From Acidobacteriota bacterium (GTDB lineage Bacteria > Acidobacteriota > Vicinamibacteria > Fen-336 > JAGNNV01), in assembly GCA_032127745.1 (NCBI GenBank), contig JAQBHL010000235.1, positions 1,575-65,574 on the forward strand: DNA of 64,000 nt. The letters run 5' to 3'. Both the position numbers and the translations under genes were made by a program. The notes under the pieces are model-generated. The model was given only the letters and a program-made list of their open reading frames with translations, was not told the DNA's origin and searched no databases. Numbering within the stretch: the first letter of the stretch is position 1; each line of letters begins with the position of its first letter. Of the stretch, positions 36,405 through 44,162 are shown piece by piece.

Positions 36405-37673
36405 TTGACAACCAAGAAATTTATGGGAGTGTTCCTCTCTGTCGCGATGGCGGTGCCGTCGGGGGCGACCACGGCGACCACGGGCACGGTGCGAGGGATG
36501 GTTTCGGTGGCGGGTCGAGGCCTCGCGGACCTTCCCCTGACTCTGGTCAACGTCGAGACCGGGAAGTCTTTCGCTATCCGCTCGGCCGCGGACGGATCCT
36601 TCACCGCCACTCTTCCCGCAGGCTCGTATGTGTTCTCCAGCCCCGGCCGGTCCGGTGTGGCCATTTCCAGGGCGCCATTGTCCGTGGAGGTGTTCTCGGG
36701 CAAGGTGGCTTCCGCCAACGTCGAAGTCGCGGCCTTCGGCCTGCAGGATGCCATGGCCGCCGCCGGCACCGCGACGATCAATCACGACCCGGTGGACTGC
36801 ATCACCGAGGGTGAATTCACCCTCATCGAGGCGACGTTCGAGCCCCTGTCTTCCCTGGTCAACGGCCGTTTGTACTTCCAGTCGAACCTGAGCCCCGAGT
36901 GGTTCTACACCGAGTTCGAGAAGATCGATCCGCCGGTCCCCGGCGGATGGACCCACCGTGCCTTCATCCCCAAGGTCAATAAGGACGGTGGAATCGAGAC
37001 CATCACCTACTTCCTGCAAGGGACCTCGACCGACTTCGCGGAGACGAAGTCGCCGGAAAAGACGGCCAAGGTGGTTGCTGGGGCCACGGATTGCGACGGC
37101 AAGCTGGCCCCCATTGGGAATCCGCAGGGTGCGATCTCGGTTCTTTCCGCCTCCGGAGGTTCGGCGGGAGCCGTGGCCGGGTTCGGTGGGGTGGCGGGCG
37201 CGGGTATCGGAGCGCTCGCCGTGGCAGGCATCGTGGTCGGCGTCGTGGCCGGCGGCGCGGTCGTCCGGGAAGCGACGAAGAGCACGCCCACGCCCAGCCC
37301 CACGGCGCCACCTGTGGGCCCAACCCCGCCGCCTTCTACACCGACACCCACACCGGTCCAGACCTGCAGCCTTGCCGTCTTCACCTCGCCCGTTGCCCCC
37401 GCGGATCCATTTTTCGGTGGCCGGTTCTGTACGGCTACGGTGGTTTCGAACGGTCAGAACCTGGGCGTCGTCGAGGGCGTGGGGCGGTTTACCGGCCTTC
37501 CGTGCACGGCGAGCATCTCGGTCTTCGCCAACGTGGCGCCGCAGTCTTCCATCCTTAGCACCCTTCCGGCCACTTGGTCGGGTGCGTGCGGCGGTTCGGC
37601 CCTGGGCGTGCCCTGCATCATCAATCCTCTAGTCACGGACCGGAACGTCGCGCTGGAGTGCCAGACCCGCTAG
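36405..37673 (+). CDS. Secreted protein (cassette 2), paralog of 27492-28979
   Basis: It has the same domain order as the cassette 1 protein. Alignable blocks include PLTLVNVETGKSF, FEP...LYFQSNLSPEWFYTEF, FIPKVNKDGGIETITYFLQ, a Gly-rich hydrophobic stretch, a P/T/S linker and W.GAC.G....PC.I. GGAGG lies 9 nt upstream of a TTG start; an alternative ATG is at 36423. Confidence 0.7.
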   Translation: MTTKKFMGVFLSVAMAVPSGATTATTGTVRGMVSVAGRGLADLPLTLVNVETGKSFAIRSAADGSFTATLPAGSYVFSSPGRSGVAISRAPLSVEVFSGKVASANVEVAAFGLQDAMAAAGTATINHDPVDCITEGEFTLIEATFEPLSSLVNGRLYFQSNLSPEWFYTEFEKIDPPVPGGWTHRAFIPKVNKDGGIETITYFLQGTSTDFAETKSPEKTAKVVAGATDCDGKLAPIGNPQGAISVLSASGGSAGAVAGFGGVAGAGIGALAVAGIVVGVVAGGAVVREATKSTPTPSPTAPPVGPTPPPSTPTPTPVQTCSLAVFTSPVAPADPFFGGRFCTATVVSNGQNLGVVEGVGRFTGLPCTASISVFANVAPQSSILSTLPATWSGACGGSALGVPCIINPLVTDRNVALECQTR

Positions 37674-37696
37674 ACGCGGAGTCTTGGCGAAGAACC

Positions 37697-37730
37697 GGGC
37701 CGGCCCCCTTCTGGGTCGGCCCTTTTCTTT
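37697..37730. terminator. Intrinsic (potentially bidirectional) terminator between convergent genes
   Basis: gggccggccc-ccttct-gggtcggccc forms a 10-bp GC stem with one G.U pair, followed by ttttcttt. Confidence 0.7.
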
Positions 37731-37797
37731 GCCTCGCAGGCAGCTGGGAGCCCGCAGCTCATCTGACCCGCAGGCTCAGATCGGGCCGGAGACCTGA

Positions 37798-39105
37798 TCA
37801 GGCCGGCCTGTTGTCGATGGTCGAGAGCGCCAGGACGCAGACCAGAACCGCCGCGTTCGCCGGGACGTGGCTTGGGAGATCCAATCCGGCCTGGAGGGCG
37901 AACGCGCCGCAGGCTCCAAGGAGGGGATCTCTCAGCGCGGGGTCGGCCTTGATGAACTTCCGCAGGCCCTGAAGGGCCAGGCCGATGGCCAGGATCCCCA
38001 ATGCACCGCCTTCGATGGCAGCTTGAAGGTAGTCGTTGTGCGCGTGTTGCCAGAATTCGTAGCTGGCGTTCCTCTGGTAAGGCCAGTAGGTGACAGCGAA
38101 GGTTCCGAAGCCCGAGCCGAAGGCGGGAAAGAAGCGAAAAAGAGTGGTCATGTCCATCCATGGCTTGAGCCGGCTCTCGAACAGATCCAGTCTTTGCAGG
38201 CGATCGGTCGCGGCCGCGCCGCTCAAAGCCAGAGCGGCCAGTCCCACACTCATCCCGGCGATGACGGGCGCCTTTCCAATCGCGCGCGCGGAGAACCAGG
38301 CCACCACGACGATCGCGGCGAGGGCCCCGGACCTGGAACCGGACGCGACGCTCACCACCACGAAGAAAAGAGCAATCCCCGACAGCAGGACGGCCCTCGC
38401 CAGCCGGTCTGGTCTGGAGAGCAGGGCGCCCAGGCTGCCTCGTTCCCGGACCAGTGTGCTGGCGAGGCCGGCGCTCAGACCGCAGCCCACCGCCATCAAG
38501 GTGGCGAAGTGATTTCGATTCAGGTACGGGCCGAAGGTTCCGGTTTCAAATCCTGAGGGAAGCACCACGGGCACGATTCCATAGAGCCAATACGGGTGGG
38601 CGGACCGCGACTGCCAAAGTCCCTCGCCGGCCAGAACCGCGAGGACGGCGAGGAGAGCGTGGACAAAGCTCTTGCGTCTGGGCTCCGGCATTCCCTGAAC
38701 GGCGAGGAAGAGCCCCTGAAGCCCGGCCACGTAAAGCCAAGCCTCCACGGTAGCTCCTTGGGATACTGAGATGGGCCGGAAGCGGCCGTCTCCAGGGTCT
38801 GGAAGAAAATGGGCTGCGAAGGAACCCGGTGAAATCAGCCGGAGGAGCTGCGCGGGCAGAGGGACCAGTTGAAGCATGAAGAAGGCGTGAAGGGGCAGAA
38901 GGGCGCGCGAAACCGCGACTCCGGCTCCGCAAAGGCCGTCATTCCCCGGTCGCTCCAGGCGAGCCGAGACGAGCCCGAGGCCGAGCCAGAGCGCAAAGAG
39001 CGGAATCCATTCCGACCGCTGGACCGTCCCGAACAGAAATGGGGTCAGGCCGGCGCTGGTCAGGGCGCACCCCGCGATGGTCCGGCGTATTCGATCGAGC
39101 CGCAT
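37798..39105 (-). CDS. Wzy_C / O-antigen-ligase-like polytopic membrane protein (cassette 2)
   Basis: Paralog of 29035-30411 with signature WQHAHNDYLQAAIEGGALG. Confidence 0.75.
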   Translation of the reverse strand: MRLDRIRRTIAGCALTSAGLTPFLFGTVQRSEWIPLFALWLGLGLVSARLERPGNDGLCGAGVAVSRALLPLHAFFMLQLVPLPAQLLRLISPGSFAAHFLPDPGDGRFRPISVSQGATVEAWLYVAGLQGLFLAVQGMPEPRRKSFVHALLAVLAVLAGEGLWQSRSAHPYWLYGIVPVVLPSGFETGTFGPYLNRNHFATLMAVGCGLSAGLASTLVRERGSLGALLSRPDRLARAVLLSGIALFFVVVSVASGSRSGALAAIVVVAWFSARAIGKAPVIAGMSVGLAALALSGAAATDRLQRLDLFESRLKPWMDMTTLFRFFPAFGSGFGTFAVTYWPYQRNASYEFWQHAHNDYLQAAIEGGALGILAIGLALQGLRKFIKADPALRDPLLGACGAFALQAGLDLPSHVPANAAVLVCVLALSTIDNRPA

Positions 39106-39121
39106 GGCGCCTCGGCTAGCC

Positions 39122-39769
39122 CTATTTGACCAGCCGCTCCACCTTCAAAATGGCGCCGGTCTTCGAGTGGATGATTCGGATATCCGCCCGGCCATCGCCG
39201 TCGCGGTCGATCTCCTCGCTGGCCAGATAGCCGGGACCCCAGTCCTGAAAGCGGTCGCGCCTGCCGTCGCCGTCGGTGTCCATCTCCACGCGACCGAGGC
39301 GCCCGTCGAGGTAGATCTCGATCCGTTCACGCCGGCCATCGCGGTCGGCGTCGATCTCGACCCGGGTCGTGGCCCTGGTCGCCGGATCGATCTCCACGAA
39401 CCTCTCTGGGGCCCCCCCTTTAGTGGACAGCGCGAAGCGGGTCATGATGCCCTCAGGGTTGTACTCCTCCCACCGGTCGATCTTGCCATCCCGGTTCTCG
39501 TCAATCTCCAGGCGATCCGGAGTGCTTCGGCCCGAGAAATAGGCAAAGACATCGGGCTTTCGGTCGCCGTTGCTGTCGAGGCGGATTTCGCGTAGCGTGC
39601 CGTCGAGCGCGTACAGGTACATGTACGGTGGCTTTTCGAGCACCCGGACATCGACGCCGGCGGCGTCCTTCGTCATCTTCCATGGGGGCAGATCCGGCGC
39701 GGGAGGCTGTGAGCCGAGGCCACAGGCCGTTGTTCCCGCCGCGATCCCGGCGATAATCAGGAGCCTCAC
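39122..39769 (-). CDS. Lipoprotein with five DxDxDG-type loops (cassette 2)
   Basis: Lipobox AAGTTAC. The five loops are DSNGDRKPD, DENRDGKID, DADRDGRRE, DTDGDGRRD and DRDGDGRAD. A GTG start at 39769 was chosen to avoid overlap with the divergent gene. Confidence 0.6.
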   Translation of the reverse strand: MRLLIIAGIAAGTTACGLGSQPPAPDLPPWKMTKDAAGVDVRVLEKPPYMYLYALDGTLREIRLDSNGDRKPDVFAYFSGRSTPDRLEIDENRDGKIDRWEEYNPEGIMTRFALSTKGGAPERFVEIDPATRATTRVEIDADRDGRRERIEIYLDGRLGRVEMDTDGDGRRDRFQDWGPGYLASEEIDRDGDGRADIRIIHSKTGAILKVERLVK

Positions 39770-39836
39770 CCGAGCATGATAACAACACCCGACCGAGCAT
39801 GAACCGATCACCCTGCCGCCGCGAGGGGCCCATCCG

Positions 39837-40781
39837 TTGAAGGACATCCATCTGTCGACGGAAGAACGGCAGAAATTCGAAGTCTGGGCCTTTGGAGGAG
39901 GGAAGGGCGGCACGGGCAAGAGCGCGCTCGCGGCCGCCGTCGGCTTCCAGCTGTCGAGGCAGGGGAAGCGGGTCCTGCTCGTGGATGCGGACTTCGGCGC
40001 CTCGAACCTTCACACCTGTCTGGGAGTGGCTCCGCCCGCCCGCTCGCTCCAGGACTTCGTCCGCGAGGGCGGAACCATGGCCGACGACTACGCCGTGCCC
40101 ACGCCCTATCCCAATCTTCGACTCATGGGCGGCCGCGTGGCCGAAGGAACGGGCGCGTTCCCGGTCGGCTGGGCAGCACGGCTGTCGACGGCCTTGAGGG
40201 CGCTTCCAGTCGACCTGGTCATCCTGGACCTCGGAGCGGGGGTCGCGGCGGAGACGATCGAGGCGATGAACCTCGCCGATCTCAAGGTCGTGATCGCCGT
40301 GCCCGAGCCGGGCTCCGTCGAGAACGTCGCGAGCCTGCTGCGCAGCCTGTGTCTTCAGCGTCTGGTCCAACGCCTTCCTTCGAACGAAGTGCGGCGGCGT
40401 CTGGTCGACCTCCAGGCCGGCCGGGACGGGGCGCATGTGCGGGATGTGAGCGACATCTTCAGGGAAATCGAGGCCGTGGATCCGGCGCTCCTGGGCGCAG
40501 GACGAGCCATCGTCGAGGAGATGTCGATCAGTCTGGTCACCAACCTGGTTCGCGACGATGTCGACCGGAACTTCGGAGCCCAGACCACGGCGGTCATCCG
40601 GCGCCACTTCGGCCTTCCCGTTTCCTACGCTGGCTTCGTGCATCATGACGATGCGGTCTGGCGGACCCTGCGGCGGGGGAAGATGTTCATGGTGGACGCG
40701 AGTCGGTCGCGCGCGGCCGAGGATGTGCGCCGCCTTTCGCGCAACCTCCTGCGGCGCGCCGACCTCTCACCGGTCTTCTAG
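39837..40781 (+). CDS. MinD/ParA-class P-loop ATPase
   Basis: Deviant Walker A FGGGKGGTGKSALAAA, LVDADFGASNLH and VILDLGAG. Starts with TTG. Confidence 0.7.
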   Translation: MKDIHLSTEERQKFEVWAFGGGKGGTGKSALAAAVGFQLSRQGKRVLLVDADFGASNLHTCLGVAPPARSLQDFVREGGTMADDYAVPTPYPNLRLMGGRVAEGTGAFPVGWAARLSTALRALPVDLVILDLGAGVAAETIEAMNLADLKVVIAVPEPGSVENVASLLRSLCLQRLVQRLPSNEVRRRLVDLQAGRDGAHVRDVSDIFREIEAVDPALLGAGRAIVEEMSISLVTNLVRDDVDRNFGAQTTAVIRRHFGLPVSYAGFVHHDDAVWRTLRRGKMFMVDASRSRAAEDVRRLSRNLLRRADLSPVF

Positions 40782-40802
40782 GTCGAAGGGAGCACTCGGA
40801 CG

Positions 40803-41414
40803 GTGATGAACAAGACCTACTACGAAATCCTGGGGGTCGCGCCCCACGTAGGCTCGGGGCAGATCCAGGCCGCTTATCGGTTCGCGCGCAGCCTGTACTC
40901 CGGCGAGACTGGTCCCAGCCACGGCCTGCTCGACTCCACCCAACGCGCGCAAATGTTGCTCCTGGTCGAAGAAGCGTACGCCGCGCTTTCCAATCCCAGT
41001 ACTCGCCGAGAGTATGACCTTCGGCTGAACGAGACCGGAACCCCGCCCACGACCGCGCGGGGGGCGACGGCAGCACCCCAGGCGGTGGCTCCTTCGGCGG
41101 TGACCGCTCGCTTCGAGCCCACCGTCCCTGCCCCGCGCGCACCCGAGATCAGCCTCGATCCGGTCCGAGTTCCGGAGGTCGTAAACGGCGCGGTCCTCAG
41201 GGCCCTGCGGGAGAGCCGGAACCTGTCGATCGATCAGATCGCAGCGCTGAGCAAGGTCGGGAGTCGGTTCCTGAGAGCCCTCGAGGAAGACCGCCATTCC
41301 GCGCTGCCCGGCCGGGTCTTTGCCCGGGGGTTTCTGATCGAGTACGCACGCGCCCTTCGAGCTTCGGAATCGGACCTGGCTGAGCGGTATCTACGGCACT
41401 GGAGGGAGGAATGA
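40803..41414 (+). CDS. J-like domain (no HPD) fused to RodZ-type helix-turn-helix
   Basis: YYEILGV...QIQAAYRFARSLYSGE has SGE where HPD is expected, and EEAYAALSNPSTRREYD follows. The C-terminal LRALRESRNLSIDQIAALSKVGSRFLRALEEDRHSALPGRVFARGFLIEYARAL matches the RodZ/HTH_25 pattern. Confidence 0.6.
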   Translation: MMNKTYYEILGVAPHVGSGQIQAAYRFARSLYSGETGPSHGLLDSTQRAQMLLLVEEAYAALSNPSTRREYDLRLNETGTPPTTARGATAAPQAVAPSAVTARFEPTVPAPRAPEISLDPVRVPEVVNGAVLRALRESRNLSIDQIAALSKVGSRFLRALEEDRHSALPGRVFARGFLIEYARALRASESDLAERYLRHWREE

Positions 41415-41557
41415 CTCAATCGGAGATGGGAGCCCCCGATTGCCGCAGTCTGCCCGGCAGGGGGATAGTCCCCCTTCCCGTCTCCGGATTCTCCACTCCG
41501 CCCTTGAAGGAGGGTCAGGGGTCCAGCCTGTCGGCGTCCCTCAGATAAGCTAATTTC

Positions 41558-42265
41558 GTGCAGAAGATTCCTCGCGCCCTGGACGACGCGGAAGTTCGCG
41601 TCCTCGGCGCTCTTCTGGAGAAGGAGCAGACTACTCCCGAGCTATATCCGCTCACCGTCAATGCGCTGATCCAGGCCGGCAATCAAAAGACCGCGCGCGA
41701 GCCTGTGATGGAGATGTCGGAAGGGGCGGTGCACGGCGCCCTCCGCCAATTGCTCGTCGACGGCTTCGTCCAGCGAACCGAAGGCGCCCGGGTCACACGC
41801 TGGCGCCATGCTCTGGATCTTCGGTGGGATCTCGATCCCGCCCGGAAGGCGGTCATGACCCTGCTTCTACTGCGTGGGCCTCAGACCCCGGGGGAACTGC
41901 GGAGCCGGAGCGAGCGCATGCATGCCTTCGCCTCCATCTCCGAACTCGAGGGCGCCCTGCTCGAACTCTCCGCCCCCCCCGAACCTCTTATCAAGGAGTT
42001 GCCCAAAGGGCCGGGACAGAAGGAAACCCGCTGGACGCACCTGGTGGGCGGCGGGGTGTCGGAGGAGACAGTGACGGCGGCGGTCCGGCGGTATGCCGCC
42101 GACGAAGGAGAGGACGTCCCCACGCGAATCGCCGATGTCAATCGCCGGGTTCGGGAACTCGAGCGGCTGGTCGCCCTGCTCTGGGCCGCCCACGAGGCCA
42201 AGCCGTCATCGACGCCCTCCGCCGATTCCGCCGCCACCGAAACCCGCCGTGATCCCGGCGCCTAG
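41558..42265 (+). CDS. YceH/DUF480 family protein
   Basis: LDDAEVRVLGALLEKEQTTPELYPLTVNALIQAGNQKTAREPV. Starts with GTG. Confidence 0.7.
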   Translation: MQKIPRALDDAEVRVLGALLEKEQTTPELYPLTVNALIQAGNQKTAREPVMEMSEGAVHGALRQLLVDGFVQRTEGARVTRWRHALDLRWDLDPARKAVMTLLLLRGPQTPGELRSRSERMHAFASISELEGALLELSAPPEPLIKELPKGPGQKETRWTHLVGGGVSEETVTAAVRRYAADEGEDVPTRIADVNRRVRELERLVALLWAAHEAKPSSTPSADSAATETRRDPGA

Positions 42266-42282
42266 ACCCGATACCGGAGCCC

Positions 42283-42534
42283 ATGCCCAACGAATACCAA
42301 GTCCAATGCGTCAAGCTCGGAGCGCTGCTTCCCGGGCTGGAAAAGCCGCCGTTCTCAAGTCCTCTGGGTCAACGCATCCATGCGTCGATCTCGAAGAAAG
42401 CCTGGGACATGTGGCAGGAAGAGTCACGCACCATCATGAACCACTACGGGCTCTCGATGGCCGACCCGGAGTCGCGCAAAAAATTGCGGGAGGAGATGGA
42501 GCGCTTTTTGTTCGGACCGGAGCCGGGCAGGTAG
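42283..42534 (+). CDS. yggX: Fe(2+)-trafficking / oxidative damage protection protein
   Basis: 83 aa reading V.C.KLG....GL..PPF...LG.RI...ISK.AW..W, typical of YggX. Confidence 0.8.
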   Translation: MPNEYQVQCVKLGALLPGLEKPPFSSPLGQRIHASISKKAWDMWQEESRTIMNHYGLSMADPESRKKLREEMERFLFGPEPGR

Positions 42535-42560
42535 CCGGCCGACAAGACAACTATCCGAAG

Positions 42561-42635
42561 TGGTGACCCGCGAGGGACTTGAACCCCCAACCAAAAGATT
42601 AAGAGTCTTCTGCTCTACCATTGAGCTAGCGGGCC
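42561..42635 (-). tRNA. tRNA-Lys (anticodon CTT)
   Basis: The reverse complement folds as a cloverleaf. The acceptor is ggcccgc/gcgggtc, the D arm gctc-aatggta-gagc, the anticodon stem gaaga/tcttt with loop ctCTTaa, and the T arm ggggg-ttcaagt-ccctc. The CCA end is encoded. Confidence 0.9.
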
Positions 42636-42717
42636 CTTGGCTCGATCAGGCAAGCGGCCCGTCGGCGCGAGCGGGAATTATCTTCGATCTGCCCCTGCCG
42701 ATCAAGGAAGGCCGGCA

Positions 42718-43914
42718 CTAAAAAGTCTGAACCTGGTCGCCAAACAATTGCACGACCGCATCTCCGAGGCGGGGCATTCGGGCGAATAGGCTGGCCGCCG
42801 AGTTGGCCAGCCTCCGGCGAGTGACCAGCCCGAAGAGGATTAGGGCGGCGGCGCCTTTCACCCGGCGGAGGGCCCGGATCTTCCGCTCGTAGCCCTGGAA
42901 GGCGACCGGGTCCGAGAACAGGGAGGCCCGAATCGCTTCGGCTCCGAGTACGCCGCTGGCGATGGCGTGGGCGATGCCTTCGCCGGTAAAGGGGTCCAGA
43001 AATCCGGTGGTGTCGCCGCAGGCGATGAAGGGTCCTCGAGCCTGCCTCTTCGAGATGAGGCGCAGCGGCCCCACGACTCCGATGGGCCCCTCGAACTCGG
43101 ACCCGGACAGCCGCTCGGCGATCTCCGGATAGCGATCGAGGTGCCGCCGGAAGTCGGCCTCGATAGTCCGCGGCCTCAGATCGACGCGCCGGTCGAAGAC
43201 GACGAAGCAGACGTTGGCGGTATTCCTCGAAAGCGGTGCGATTCCACAGTACCCGCGATCCCCCACGTGCATCTCGGCGAGGCTGGACAGGCCCGAAACG
43301 CCGCGGCAATGGGCCCGCACCGCGAAGCGGGCCGAGCCGGGGCTTCGAGGTTCCTGATCGATGAAGCCAAGCCGGCGCGCCAGAAGACTCTGGCGACCGT
43401 CGGCCACGATCACCCTGCGGGCGGTGATCTGGCAAGTGGACGCGCTTCCCGGGGCTCGCGCGTCCAGGACCGCCTCGCCCGAGGGCGTTTCCCGCCCTCC
43501 AACGATCTCGATCCCTTCGATGACTTTCGCGCCGCGAGCCCGCGCACTCGCGAGCATTTCCTGGTCGAACACGGTTCGTCGAATGGCGAGACCGGGGCCG
43601 CTCGGTCCGGACCGGTAGCGCCCGAGAAACGTCGTCCCCCGAGGCGACCGGATCCGCATACCCTGGATAAGCATGGGCGCGGAGCCTGGCTCCAGGTCGA
43701 GCTTGGGCTCCCACATGCCGATAGCGCGGAGACGCGCGAGTGCGCCGGGGGAGAGACTCTCCCCGCATATCTTCTCCCGAGGAAAGGTGGCCCGGTCGAC
43801 CAGGGTGACCCCAATCCCGGCGCTCGCGAGCTGAAAGGCCGCGGTAGCACCGGCCGGCCCGCCTCCAATCACCAGAACATCCGCTCTCTCGTCGATCCGT
43901 CCGTGGTCGGGCAT
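42718..43914 (-). CDS. FAD-dependent oxidoreductase (geranylgeranyl-reductase / aromatic hydroxylase-like family)
   Basis: Dinucleotide-binding DVLVIGGGPAGATAAFQLA and CGESLSP, 398 aa. Confidence 0.7.
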   Translation of the reverse strand: MPDHGRIDERADVLVIGGGPAGATAAFQLASAGIGVTLVDRATFPREKICGESLSPGALARLRAIGMWEPKLDLEPGSAPMLIQGMRIRSPRGTTFLGRYRSGPSGPGLAIRRTVFDQEMLASARARGAKVIEGIEIVGGRETPSGEAVLDARAPGSASTCQITARRVIVADGRQSLLARRLGFIDQEPRSPGSARFAVRAHCRGVSGLSSLAEMHVGDRGYCGIAPLSRNTANVCFVVFDRRVDLRPRTIEADFRRHLDRYPEIAERLSGSEFEGPIGVVGPLRLISKRQARGPFIACGDTTGFLDPFTGEGIAHAIASGVLGAEAIRASLFSDPVAFQGYERKIRALRRVKGAAALILFGLVTRRRLANSAASLFARMPRLGDAVVQLFGDQVQTF

Positions 43915-43940
43915 CGTGGTTGGGAACCGCCGTCCTGCAG

Positions 43941-44162
43941 CTAGTGTCCTGCCTCACAAGTACGTGGCCTATGCGAGTGTCGAGGCGCCCGGAGCGCAAG
44001 GCGCCGAGGAGGCCTCATATCCAGCATATGCCACGACGAGCACGCAAGGTCCGCAGGGCCGGTGAGGTGGACGAGGCCGCGAATCGGGCTCGTCCAGCAA
44101 CAAGGCGAGCCGGGATGCGTCGGCGCTCCCATGTGACGCGTACCTGCGAGGCAGGACACTAG
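43941..44162. mobile_element. MITE-like element, copy A (~222 bp, 24-bp terminal inverted repeats, CTAG at both ends)
   Basis: The left end ctagtgtcctgcctcacaagtacg and the reverse complement of the right end, ctagtgtcctgcctcgcaggtacg, differ at 2 positions. It is non-coding and a second related copy lies at ~49422-49576. Confidence 0.7.
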
